Positions 46,104 to 55,226 of a DNA stretch of 64,000 nt are shown piece by piece. The DNA comes from an uncultured Chloroflexia bacterium (GTDB lineage Bacteria > Chloroflexota > Limnocylindria > Limnocylindrales > CSP1-4). Location of the stretch: NCBI GenBank assembly GCA_963734935.1, contig CAVTIO010000004.1, positions 200,263 through 264,262 on the forward strand, read 5' to 3'. The notes under the pieces were generated by a model. That model was not told the DNA's origin. It saw only the letters and a list, made by a program, of their open reading frames with translations, and searched no databases. The translations under genes and the position numbers were made by a program. Position 1 is the stretch's first letter. Every line of letters begins with the position of its first letter.

Positions 46104-46144
46104 TGGTCATCAGAGATGAGAGTGGGTTCCAGCGCGGCGCAGGT

Positions 46145-47206
46145 CTACCCGCGCTCCTTCGCCAGCGCACCAACCCGCTCGACCAGCCGCGCGAGGAAGG
46201 TCTCGGCGTCCACGGACTCGGCGACCTCGACATTGGGTGCCCGGCCCGTGTGCCCCCGCCGGTCCTCGATGGTCTGCCCGTCCCCGGGTCCGCCAGCAGC
46301 ATCCACGTCCACGCTCGCCGGCCGTGTCCGCACGAGCGATGGGTCGAGCGTGGCCGCGAGGACGAGGGGATCGTGGACAAAGGCGCCGTAGAAGCCGTCG
46401 TACCGGGCGTGGAACTCGAAGTAGAAGCGGAGCGCGTCGGCCACGAACCGGATGACGTGGTTGCTCGCCACCGACCGGCGCTCAGGGCCCCCGGCCGGCC
46501 GGTCCGGGTCGAGGCTGTCGTCGGGGCGGCTTCCGGCGCGGCGCGCCATGGCCACGACGTGGTCCGTCGTCAGCCGTGCCCGCTCGGTGACGTCGAGGCC
46601 CAGGATCATCCCCCGAGGCGTTGACGGATCGGCCTCCACGGCGCGCTGCCAGGCTCCAAGGACGATGCGGGCGGCCTCGGGATCGCAGTGGACGTTCCAT
46701 TCCGACACGGGGGTGGTGTTGCCAGCGACGCCGAATGCCCCGCCCATGCACCACCAGCTGCGCAGGAGCGTTGGAAGCCGCGGCTCCATCAGCACGGCCA
46801 GCGCGAGGTTCGTCAACGGCCCCAGCGTGACAAGGGTCAGCTTGCCCGGGTGCTCACGGGCTTCCTCCACGAGGAGATCCGGCCCGAAACGATCCGAAAC
46901 CGGCGTGGCTGGATCCGTCAGCCCGGCATAGCCCAGCCCGCGCGGCCCGTGGGTCTCGGGCGTGACCTCGAGCGGCCGCAGCAATGGCACGGCCCGGCCC
47001 GCCGCCACCGGAACATCGGCGCGTCCGGCGAGCTCGAGCACCGCGAGCGTGTTGCGTGTCGTGTCCTCGAGCGGGGCGTTGCCCGAGCTGCACGTGACGG
47101 CGACGAGGTCGGCCTCCGGGCTCGCGCACGCATACAGCAGCGCGAGGGCGTCGTCGATCCCGGTGTCGACATCGACGATGAGCGGGACCCGACCCAGACC
47201 CGGCAT
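46145..47206 (-). CDS. nucleoside hydrolase (inosine-uridine preferring IU-NH family)
   Basis: 353 aa. N-terminal Ca-binding DxDxxxDD motif (VDVDTGIDDALALL) and the family segment VTLGPLTNLA. Confidence 0.8.
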   Translation of the reverse strand: MPGLGRVPLIVDVDTGIDDALALLYACASPEADLVAVTCSSGNAPLEDTTRNTLAVLELAGRADVPVAAGRAVPLLRPLEVTPETHGPRGLGYAGLTDPATPVSDRFGPDLLVEEAREHPGKLTLVTLGPLTNLALAVLMEPRLPTLLRSWWCMGGAFGVAGNTTPVSEWNVHCDPEAARIVLGAWQRAVEADPSTPRGMILGLDVTERARLTTDHVVAMARRAGSRPDDSLDPDRPAGGPERRSVASNHVIRFVADALRFYFEFHARYDGFYGAFVHDPLVLAATLDPSLVRTRPASVDVDAAGGPGDGQTIEDRRGHTGRAPNVEVAESVDAETFLARLVERVGALAKERG

Positions 47207-47216
47207 GCGTCGCCGC

Positions 47217-48887
47217 TCAGCCGATGGTCGCCATCACCGCCCGGTCGGCCAGACCGAGAGGCAGCGACCCCGACCCGGTGATCGCGTCATGGAACTCGCG
47301 GAGAACGTCGACTGGGAGCTCGGAGGGGCTGATCCCGGCGAATCCGCGCGCCTCGAGGTAGCGCTCCCGGATGGAGAGGATCTCGAGGCAGCCGGTGAGA
47401 TACGACGACGCCTGCGTGGGCCACCAGCAGTACCGCCCGACCTCCACAGTGGCGACGGCTTCTGGCAGCGCAGCCCGGTCGCACATGAAGTCGACGGCCT
47501 CGTCGACTGACATCTCGCCGAGGTGGAGCGAGGTATCGACCACGATGCGCGCTGCCCGGAACAGGCTCGCGTTGAGGTGCTGGAGCACGTGCATCGGCTC
47601 CTCGAAGAAGCCGCGCTCGCGCATCGCCCGCTCCGCGTAGAGCGCCCAACCCTCGCTGAAGTACGGCGTCGAGTACACGCGCCGGATGGCGGAGGGGTTG
47701 GTCTTGCGCATCACCAGGTGCCAGTGATGGCCGGGGTAGGTCTCGTGGACGGTGGTCGTTGGGATCGACCCGTACGAGTTGTTGGCGAGCCGCCCGTCGA
47801 GCTCGGCCGCCGAGGCGCCCTCGGGCGCGAACGGGACGAAGAAGTGGCCGGCCCACCGATCCGAGAAGGAGGGCGGCGCCATGTACGACGCCACCCCGAC
47901 GATCGGTCGCTGGAAGACGGGTGAGGGCACCACCGCGCAGGTCTCCCCGGGCGGCAGCGTGACCAGTGCGGTCTCGACCAGGAACGAGCGCGAGCTGGCG
48001 GTCCACTCCGCGTACGTGTCGAGCATCGCCTGCTCGCTCGCCGGGTGGTGTTCGTCATCATCACGCAGGACGGCGACGTAGTTGGGATTCCCGGTCGCCT
48101 CCCGGGAAAGCGCGGACATCTCGCCGTCAAGCCGGTCCAGCTCCTGCCAGCCACGATCGCGCAGCGACCGTGCGTCGTCGCCGAGCACCTCGCGTTCGCG
48201 CAGGATCCGCGTGTAGCGCTCCTCGCCCAGCTGCCATGAGCCGTGGGCCGTGTGGCTGAGCGCATCGAGGTGGGCGACCCATCGCTCGAGATGCGCGGCC
48301 GCCTCGGCGCCGGCGGCGCGCAGTCGCTCCTGCTCCCGAGCGTCATCGACATCGAGCCACACGAGGTCTCGGACGTAGCGGACCGACCCCTGTGCGGCCC
48401 GGAGGCCTCGCTCGACGATGAGCGGGTGGGCGAGGGCGGGGTCGAGGTTCGCGATTCCCGCGTCGACGGCCTGGCTCGCCCGACCCAGGCGCGACACTGC
48501 AGCATCGACCAGGTCCGGCTCGGGGCGCAGGTGGTGGAGGAAGAGTGAGAACAGCCCGCCGGTGATCGGACCCGAGTACGTGACGGGGTCCCGCTTCCAG
48601 CTTTCGAACGGGGCCATGATCAGCCGGCCGCGAAGCGTCGAGCGCGCCAGGTCCCGGTCGATCTGCTGGTCGATGGTCAGCCCCTCGTCGGCGATACCGT
48701 CGAGGCGCGCCAGGAACGCCGCGGCGGATGCGTCGCGGGCATGCAGAGCGTCCTCGGACAGGTCGTCGAGCCGCTCGTCGTAGTCGGTCAGGCCGAGACC
48801 CGACGCGGCGACGGGCTGAGCCTCGAAGTCGGATCGGAGCAGGTCGTCGATCACCTCCTGGAGGGTCGCGGCAGCGTCGGTGGACAT
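47217..48887 (-). CDS. DUF885-family putative metallopeptidase-like protein
   Basis: Internal start MSTDAATLQ at 48887 gives 556 aa. Contains HETYPGHHWH, the HE-x2-PGHH motif. The upstream 83 aa of the track frame are Cys/Ser-rich and spurious. Confidence 0.6.
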   Translation of the reverse strand: MSTDAAATLQEVIDDLLRSDFEAQPVAASGLGLTDYDERLDDLSEDALHARDASAAAFLARLDGIADEGLTIDQQIDRDLARSTLRGRLIMAPFESWKRDPVTYSGPITGGLFSLFLHHLRPEPDLVDAAVSRLGRASQAVDAGIANLDPALAHPLIVERGLRAAQGSVRYVRDLVWLDVDDAREQERLRAAGAEAAAHLERWVAHLDALSHTAHGSWQLGEERYTRILREREVLGDDARSLRDRGWQELDRLDGEMSALSREATGNPNYVAVLRDDDEHHPASEQAMLDTYAEWTASSRSFLVETALVTLPPGETCAVVPSPVFQRPIVGVASYMAPPSFSDRWAGHFFVPFAPEGASAAELDGRLANNSYGSIPTTTVHETYPGHHWHLVMRKTNPSAIRRVYSTPYFSEGWALYAERAMRERGFFEEPMHVLQHLNASLFRAARIVVDTSLHLGEMSVDEAVDFMCDRAALPEAVATVEVGRYCWWPTQASSYLTGCLEILSIRERYLEARGFAGISPSELPVDVLREFHDAITGSGSLPLGLADRAVMATIG

Positions 48888-48915
48888 CTCGGTCTCCGCG
48901 GTGGGCAACCCCGGG

Positions 48916-49815
48916 TCAGGGCGCCTTGGGATTGACGAATCGGCAGCGGTCGGCCACCGGACACAGCTCGTGCTTCGGGTTCTGCGCGTGGCAGATGGCC
49001 CGCCCATGGTGGATGAGCAGCACGTGCGCGGCATACATGTCGTCGGGCTCGAGCAGCCCCAGGAACAGGTCGTGCGCCTGATCGAGCGACGCCTTGGGCG
49101 GGAGCAACCCAATACGCCTGCTGACCCGGTCCACATGCCGGTCCACTGGCATCACGGGCGCGCCGAAGCAGAACAGGAGCACGATCGACGCGGTCTTCTT
49201 GCCGATCCCGTCGATCGCGGTCAACCAGTCCCGTGCCTCGAGTGGCGGCAGGTCGCCCAGGAACGCGAGCGAGTAGTCGCCTCGCTGCTCACGGATGTGG
49301 CGCAGCGTGGCCTGGATCCGGGGTGCCTTCTGGGGCGCGAGCCCACCCGGCCGGATGACGTCCACGAGCTCGGGCAGCGGTGCGTTCTCGACCATCGACC
49401 AATCGGGCGGCGGAGCGTCGGCGAGGCCGCCACCACCCCAACCGATGCCAGGGTTGTGCACCTCTGGCTCTCGGTCGCTCGCGTACGTTGTACGCAATGC
49501 CTCGTACGCCTTCTCGGCGTTCACGTCGGCCGTGTTCTGGGTCAGGATCGTGAGCACCAGCTCGCTGGTCGGGTCGAGGCGCGCCTCCCATCGCTGGGGC
49601 CCGTAGAGGCCGGCGAGCGCATCGAGCACATCGCGCTGCAGACCGGGCCGGTAGCGGCGCAGGTAGCTCGCCCAGCGCTGGACGGGATCGGTTGCCCGCC
49701 GTGTCTTCCGCCTGGACGCTGGCGTGCGCCTTGTCGCCCTGGCACCTCCCGACGATGCCGCGCGCCGCGGCGTCGCGGTCCCGTGTCCCGACGGTGCCCG
49801 GCCGGCGTCAGCCAT
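48916..49815 (-). CDS. nth: endonuclease III-like HhH-GPD DNA glycosylase with 4Fe-4S cluster
   Basis: 299 aa. HhH motif IDGIGKKTASIVL (catalytic Lys), VDRHV (Asp), and C-x6-C-x2-C-x5-C (CHAQNPKHELCPVADRC). Has a basic about 60-aa N-terminal extension and an insert of about 35 aa. Confidence 0.7.
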   Translation of the reverse strand: MADAGRAPSGHGTATPRRAASSGGARATRRTPASRRKTRRATDPVQRWASYLRRYRPGLQRDVLDALAGLYGPQRWEARLDPTSELVLTILTQNTADVNAEKAYEALRTTYASDREPEVHNPGIGWGGGGLADAPPPDWSMVENAPLPELVDVIRPGGLAPQKAPRIQATLRHIREQRGDYSLAFLGDLPPLEARDWLTAIDGIGKKTASIVLLFCFGAPVMPVDRHVDRVSRRIGLLPPKASLDQAHDLFLGLLEPDDMYAAHVLLIHHGRAICHAQNPKHELCPVADRCRFVNPKAP

Positions 49816-50962
49816 GCATGCCTCCGAGGGTCACCAGGCGTGCGATCCGCTCGCCGCAGCGTTCCAGCGGCGCAGCGCCGGCGGCCATCGCCGCCTCGAT
49901 CGTCTGCGGCCGCTCGACGACCGGGACTGCCACGGCGTCGACCGCCGCCATTGCCTCGACTCCCTCCGGGGTGACCCCACCGCCCACCGCGACGCATGGC
50001 CTGCCCGCCGCCTGCGCACGCAGGGCGACCCCGAGCGCGGTCTTCCCAAACGCGGTCTGGACGTCTATCCGGCCCTCCCCGGTGATCACGAGGTCGGCCC
50101 GTTCCAGCGCGCCGTCGAAGCCGGCCTCCTCCATCACCAGGTCCACCCCAGGTCGCAGCTCGAGCGACCTGAAGCGGTCCGCAACGCTCAGCAGCCCGAA
50201 CCCCATCCCGCCCGCTGCCCCGGCTCCCGGCGTGTCTCGCTCGCGCCGGCCGGTGACGGCCTCCAGGCGATCGGCGAACCGGGCGAGCCGCGCATCGAGG
50301 GCCAGGATGTCGTCCGGGTCGGCCCCCTTCTGGGGCCCGTACGTCGCCGCGGCCCCGGTCGGGCCGAGCAGCGGGTTGGTCACGTCGCATGCGATCCGCA
50401 GCGAGGTCGCGGCCAGGCGTGGATCCAGGTCGTCCAGCTCGACCGTGGCGAGGTCGTCACTGATCACGGCACCCAGCGCCCGGAGCAGGCCGGCTCCACC
50501 GTCGGTCGTGGCGCTGCCGCCGATCCCCAGCGCGATATCTCGGATCCCGGCGTCGAGCACGTTGCGCAACAGGTCTCCCGTCCCGTGGCTGGTCGCCCGT
50601 TCCGGATCGAGCTCGTCGGACGTGAGCCGGGAGAGCCCTGACGCGGCAGCCATCTCGACCACGGCCTCCCGTCCGTCGTCACGTGCCAGCCACCGCGCGC
50701 GGATCGTACGGCCGAGCGGATCCTGTGCATCGGTCTCGCGCCACTGCCAGCCACCCGCCGCTGCGATCGCGACCAGCGTGCCCTCACCACCGTCCGCCAG
50801 CGGCGCCAGCCGGACCTCGTCCGCCGGTCGAGCCCGAAGCCAGCCCGCCTCGATCGTGCGCGCCACCTCGACGCTGGTCAGCGAGCCCTTGAACGAGTCG
50901 GGCGCAATGAGCACGCGCAACCGGCGCCCCATGCCGGCGCCACCATCGTGCACGTTTTCCAT
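49808..50962 (-). CDS. glxK: glycerate kinase (GarK/GlxK family)
   Basis: 384 aa. LIAPDSFKGSL N-terminal motif, the GGSATTDGGAG loop, and the GTGAAGGMGFGL C-terminal motif. Confidence 0.8.
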   Translation of the reverse strand: MENVHDGGAGMGRRLRVLIAPDSFKGSLTSVEVARTIEAGWLRARPADEVRLAPLADGGEGTLVAIAAAGGWQWRETDAQDPLGRTIRARWLARDDGREAVVEMAAASGLSRLTSDELDPERATSHGTGDLLRNVLDAGIRDIALGIGGSATTDGGAGLLRALGAVISDDLATVELDDLDPRLAATSLRIACDVTNPLLGPTGAAATYGPQKGADPDDILALDARLARFADRLEAVTGRRERDTPGAGAAGGMGFGLLSVADRFRSLELRPGVDLVMEEAGFDGALERADLVITGEGRIDVQTAFGKTALGVALRAQAAGRPCVAVGGGVTPEGVEAMAAVDAVAVPVVERPQTIEAAMAAGAAPLERCGERIARLVTLGGMHG

Positions 50963-50965
50963 GGA

Positions 50966-52891
50966 TCAGCCGATCGTGTCCGGACCGCCGTCCGTCTCGG
51001 CGCGCCGCTTCTCGAGGTACTCGGGAATCCGGATCATCGGCGGCCGCTCGTAGTCGGCGAGCTCATGGACGTCGAGCGACAGGCGGCCACGACCCGACCG
51101 TGGCAGCTTCATGGTCGATCCAAGCTCGGCGAACAGCCGGACCCGGCGTCGCTCCTCGAGCCGCTTCATGACGGCCTGCAGGATCACGAACGACATGCGT
51201 GACAGTCCCTCGAGCTCCTGGTTGCGATGAACCCGGCGCTCGAGGTCCACCTGCCCGAGGCCTTCGAGGCCGGCCCTGTCCACGGCATCGATCAGGTGGC
51301 CGATCTCCACCGCGTAGCCGGTGAAGAACGGCAGCTGCTCGAGCAGCGCCCGGCGCCCGGCGTATTCGCCCGCGAGCGGCTGGATGAGACCCGAAAGCTC
51401 CGGGAAGAAGAGGTTGATCAGGGGTCGCGCAACGAGCTCGGTCACGCGTCCGCCGCCGCCCTCCTTGAGCACGCCCTCCTGGACGATCGGGCGCTGGTAG
51501 TAACCCTTGACGTACTGGAGGCGAGGTTCCACGAGGAGCGGCCCGAGCGTCCCGTAGACCATCCGGTGGTGCCAGTTCCGGACGTCGGTGTCGGCCCACA
51601 CGATGATGTCGCCGCTGGTCTCGTAGAGCGATTTCCAGAGGGCCTCGCCCTTGCCCTGGAACGAGCCGTAACGAGCCAGCACATCGGGGTGCTGGACGAC
51701 ACGGGCACCCTCGTCGGCGGCGATCGAGCGAGTGTCGTCGGTGGAGGCCGAGTCGATCACCAGGATCTCGTCGAGCAGCGCATATCGCTGCTGCATCTCC
51801 CGGATTGCGCGCCGGACGATGGGCCCGATGGTGTCGGCCTCGTTGAGCGTCGGCAGGACGAGGCTGATGGTCACGCCCTGCTTCTGCTTGAGCGCGGCGA
51901 GGCGGCCGAGGTCGGCGTACTCGGAGTGGTGGAAGTTGGCCTCCGCGAACCAGCGCTCGACCCGGGCGGGGATCGCCCGTGCGGCCTCGGCCGCGCGGTC
52001 GGCCGCGGCCAGCGACTCGACCTTCTCCGCCAGCTGCTCGAACGTCTGGCGCCCGATCGGCTCGCGGGTCTTGACCACGATCACGGTCGGCTTGGCGCGT
52101 TGGGCGACCGCCTCGGGCAGGGCGCCGAACAGTGAGCCGCCCGGATCGCCGGGCGGCGCGGAAGCGCCCATCACGACCAGGTCGGCTCGATCAGCCTCCC
52201 GCAGGATCGCGGTCTTGACGTTCGACGCCTCGCGCAGCACCTGCTCGTGATCGGCGGTGACGTGTTGGCGGGTGAACGACGCGAGCGCGTGCTCGGCCTG
52301 GGCACGGACAGCCTCGGTCACGCCGGACGGGACGAGGTGCATGACCGCGACGGTGGCGCCGTGGCGGTGTGCGAGCGCATCGGCGAAGCGCAGGGCGAGC
52401 TCCGCGTGAGGGCCGCCGCGGACGGGCACCAGGATGCGCCGGATATCGGTCGCGCCTCGCTGCTTGACGACGGCGATGTCGCATGGCGACTCCCGGACGA
52501 CCTCGTCGATGGTGGGCGAGATGGTCGATCCGTGGGAATCCCGACCAGGTGCGGACTTGCCGCCCCAGCCGAAGATCATCAGGTCGGCCTCCTGCTCGGC
52601 TGCTGCCTCGACGATGCCCGCGGCGGCGTGACGCCCGATCCGCACAAGTGGATGGATGACGGTACCCGCGGGTACGTAGTCGAGCACCCGCTGGAGCAGC
52701 CGCCGGGCCTGGCGGGCACGCGTTGCGCCATCGCTCAGCGGCATCCCCTCGGGCACCTCGACGATGCCCAGCGCGGTCAGCTCACCGGTGCGGGGCTCGA
52801 GCAGCGACGCGCCGATCCGGATCAGCTCCCCCGCCGTCAGCGGGTTGGCGACGGGGATCAGAATCCGCGCGGGGAGTGGCTCCGGGTTCAT
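50966..52891 (-). CDS. gpgS: fusion protein: two N-terminal UspA-like domains + glucosyl-3-phosphoglycerate synthase (GT81, GpgS)
   Basis: 641 aa. Residues 1-300 are two Usp-like domains. Residues 330-641 match GpgS closely (SLVLPTLNEADTIG, VIDSASTDDT, GKGEALWKSLYETSGDIIVWADTDV, GGGRVTELVARPL, PLAGEYAGRRALL, RPPM). Confidence 0.8.
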   Translation of the reverse strand: MNPEPLPARILIPVANPLTAGELIRIGASLLEPRTGELTALGIVEVPEGMPLSDGATRARQARRLLQRVLDYVPAGTVIHPLVRIGRHAAAGIVEAAAEQEADLMIFGWGGKSAPGRDSHGSTISPTIDEVVRESPCDIAVVKQRGATDIRRILVPVRGGPHAELALRFADALAHRHGATVAVMHLVPSGVTEAVRAQAEHALASFTRQHVTADHEQVLREASNVKTAILREADRADLVVMGASAPPGDPGGSLFGALPEAVAQRAKPTVIVVKTREPIGRQTFEQLAEKVESLAAADRAAEAARAIPARVERWFAEANFHHSEYADLGRLAALKQKQGVTISLVLPTLNEADTIGPIVRRAIREMQQRYALLDEILVIDSASTDDTRSIAADEGARVVQHPDVLARYGSFQGKGEALWKSLYETSGDIIVWADTDVRNWHHRMVYGTLGPLLVEPRLQYVKGYYQRPIVQEGVLKEGGGGRVTELVARPLINLFFPELSGLIQPLAGEYAGRRALLEQLPFFTGYAVEIGHLIDAVDRAGLEGLGQVDLERRVHRNQELEGLSRMSFVILQAVMKRLEERRRVRLFAELGSTMKLPRSGRGRLSLDVHELADYERPPMIRIPEYLEKRRAETDGGPDTIG

Positions 52892-54309
52892 GCCCGACCC
52901 TCGCCGCCGTGACCGCCACCGTCGTGCGCGTCCGCGGCCGAGCCCACGACCGCCTGCCAGCGCTCGACCAGGTACGGCTTGAGCAGCTCGAACTCGCGGG
53001 CCTGGTGCTCCACGCGCTCCTCGGCGTCGGCCGTCGTCACGTGACGGTTCTCGACCACGAGGCTGCCCACCCGCCCGAAGTAGATCGGGACCAACGCCGC
53101 CACGAGCTGACCGTCGTCCACCGTGCCCGTGCCGGTGGCCACGACCAGGTCATAGATCACCCGGGCCCACAGGTCATCCGGGAAGTGGAACCCGGCGATC
53201 GCCTCGGCCATGTCGAGCGTGGACACCGGCGTCGACATCTCGCCGCCCAGACCCAGCCGCCGGGTGGCGATGTCGGCGAGCTTGCCCGCCTCCTCGGCCA
53301 GCTGCAGGACAGCCCGGGCATTGCTCGCCTCCAGGAGCCGCTGCCACGTCTCCGCGACGTTCAACGAGCCGGTGTGGAACTCGGTCAGCAGCCTGACAGG
53401 GTTCACCTCGAGCGGTGGCGGATCGATGATCCGCTCGAACCCGTAGGCGGGCACGTCGTGGCTGCCGTTGATGTCGAGCCAGGCCTCTGGATGGGTCGCC
53501 GCCAGCCGCAGGATCGTGCTCACGACCTGGCGGAACATCGGTCCCAGGTCGGAGCCTGGGTCCTTGGGGTCGTGCACCTTGGCGCCGAGACGCGTCTGGC
53601 ACACGGCGTATCCGCCGATCAGGGCCGAGGTCGTCATCCAGATGTCGATCCCGAACCGGCTGATCTCGTCCGTCCAGTCGTCAAGCTCGAGATAGTGACG
53701 CACGAGATCGCCGCTGACGCCGAAGTCACCACCGATGGGCTGGCGGATTCGATGACCATAGAGCGCCCGGGTGAGCGGGTAGGTGACCGTGTTGGTGATC
53801 GTGCCGTCGTACTTGTAGCGCGCGTAGAGCGGTGCCACGAAGTCGTAGCCGCCCTTGAGGATCGGGCCGGCAAGCAGCTCGATCCACTCGGGGACGATGC
53901 TCCGCAGGTCACTGTCGACCACGACCAGGGCCTTGACCTCGAGGGCGGCCGCCATCTCGAAGATCGTGCGCAGGGCCGCTCCCTTGCCACCCACGCCGTC
54001 GATCTCCGGATAGGTCAGCGTGACCCGCGTGAGGCGGTTCGTTGGTCGGACCAGGAGGATCGACTCGACGTAGTCGGGTGGCTCGGTCTCGACCACCACC
54101 CGCTGCGTGCCGTCGGGGCTGCCGGCGTCGGAGTTGACGAGTACGGGTTTGAGGTCGGGGAAGTACTGGACCAGCCCGGCATGCGCGGCTCGCACGACAT
54201 AGCCGATCGTCGCTGCGTTCTTGAAGCTCGGGATTCCGACCATGATGTCGGCACGTCCGAGGCGGGTGATCTCTTCCCGGATGGCTGGTGTCAACGTCGG
54301 CACGGGCAC
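52888..54309 (-). CDS. GT-A fold glycosyltransferase of unknown specificity
   Basis: 473 aa. N-terminal beta-alpha-beta strand MVGIPSFKNAATIGYVV and a DXD-like VVVDSDLRS. ATGA overlap with the gpgS fusion gene. Specificity cannot be assigned from sequence alone. Confidence 0.5.
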   Translation of the reverse strand: MPVPTLTPAIREEITRLGRADIMVGIPSFKNAATIGYVVRAAHAGLVQYFPDLKPVLVNSDAGSPDGTQRVVVETEPPDYVESILLVRPTNRLTRVTLTYPEIDGVGGKGAALRTIFEMAAALEVKALVVVDSDLRSIVPEWIELLAGPILKGGYDFVAPLYARYKYDGTITNTVTYPLTRALYGHRIRQPIGGDFGVSGDLVRHYLELDDWTDEISRFGIDIWMTTSALIGGYAVCQTRLGAKVHDPKDPGSDLGPMFRQVVSTILRLAATHPEAWLDINGSHDVPAYGFERIIDPPPLEVNPVRLLTEFHTGSLNVAETWQRLLEASNARAVLQLAEEAGKLADIATRRLGLGGEMSTPVSTLDMAEAIAGFHFPDDLWARVIYDLVVATGTGTVDDGQLVAALVPIYFGRVGSLVVENRHVTTADAEERVEHQAREFELLKPYLVERWQAVVGSAADAHDGGGHGGEGRA

Positions 54310-54436
54310 GTGTCCACCCTACCACCGGCACCCACGGCCGGGATGACGGTGCCCGAGGCCGTCGCCGCTGGTCACGGCGCTGGCGCCGGTGGCCCTGACA
54401 CCGGTGGCCCTGGCTCGACCGAGCGGCTCCCGTCCC

Positions 54437-55159
54437 CTAGGCCGCGCCCCCGGACTCGTTCACGACGGCCCAGTCCGGGTTCTCCTCGCCCGAGAGATAG
54501 CGGCTGTTGCTGGCGCGGTACGAGAGGCCCGCAAAGCCAAGCGAACCCCACGATGCGACGACGTTGGCCGAGGATGCCTGGACGAACGCCGAGATGCGCA
54601 CCACGTCGGACGGAAGCAGGATCGACTCGAGCAGGCGCTTGCGCTCGAGCAGCGGAAGGTCAAGGGTCGGCTGGTCATCGAGCAGGAGCAGATCGGTGGC
54701 GACGAACACGTGCGGCTCGCCGCGGGCGAGCGCGTCCCTGGCGGCCCGCTCCGCCTGGGCGTTGCGGTTCTCGCGCTCGAGGATCTCGGCGTCGACGGCA
54801 ACCGGCTTCCGCCGGCGCGTCCACCGGGGGAACAGGATCGCAGGCCGCTCGACCTTGGGCATTCGTGGCTCTCCGTTGGCCAGGTTCAGCACCGAGGGCG
54901 AGGTGAGATGGCCCTCGACCACTGCCCCCAGTGCGGTGAACCCATCGACCAGCGCGCGTGACAGGTCATCGGGAAGCGGCAGCGGCTCGGCACTCCCGGC
55001 GAACAACGCTGCCGCATCTGGCTGGAGCGCCGCAACCGCCCTGACGCCGCCCCAGTCGGGCTCGACGATGGCGTTGGGGATCTCGGTCGCCGCTCGGCGA
55101 CCAGGGCGCTGGGGCCGCCAGGCAGCCGCAACCTCGCGCGGCGTTGCTGCGTCGGTCAT
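54437..55159 (-). CDS. ATP-dependent DNA ligase-like protein with degenerate catalytic motifs
   Basis: 240 aa. Ligase motif III-like VFVATDLLLLDDQPTLDLPLLERKRLLESIL is intact. Motif I reads EPDWGGVR, not the expected K-x-DG-x-R, so the adenylation Lys is absent. Motif V reads DWAVV rather than DWLKVK. Confidence 0.5.
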   Translation of the reverse strand: MTDAATPREVAAAWRPQRPGRRAATEIPNAIVEPDWGGVRAVAALQPDAAALFAGSAEPLPLPDDLSRALVDGFTALGAVVEGHLTSPSVLNLANGEPRMPKVERPAILFPRWTRRRKPVAVDAEILERENRNAQAERAARDALARGEPHVFVATDLLLLDDQPTLDLPLLERKRLLESILLPSDVVRISAFVQASSANVVASWGSLGFAGLSYRASNSRYLSGEENPDWAVVNESGGAA

Positions 55160-55226
55160 GGCCCGAATGCTACCCCGGCCCCGTGCCGATCTCGATGATC
55201 ACCGCCAGCCGATCTCCGCCGAACCG

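Noticed and set aside
45980-46624. 214-aa ORF beginning MPRCCPDAPRCCPDAPRCC..., and the 45735..46040 frame with PGVALTH repeats.
   Set aside because: They translate the 21-bp tandem DNA array and then run antisense into the nucleoside hydrolase gene. There is no coding signature outside the repeat.
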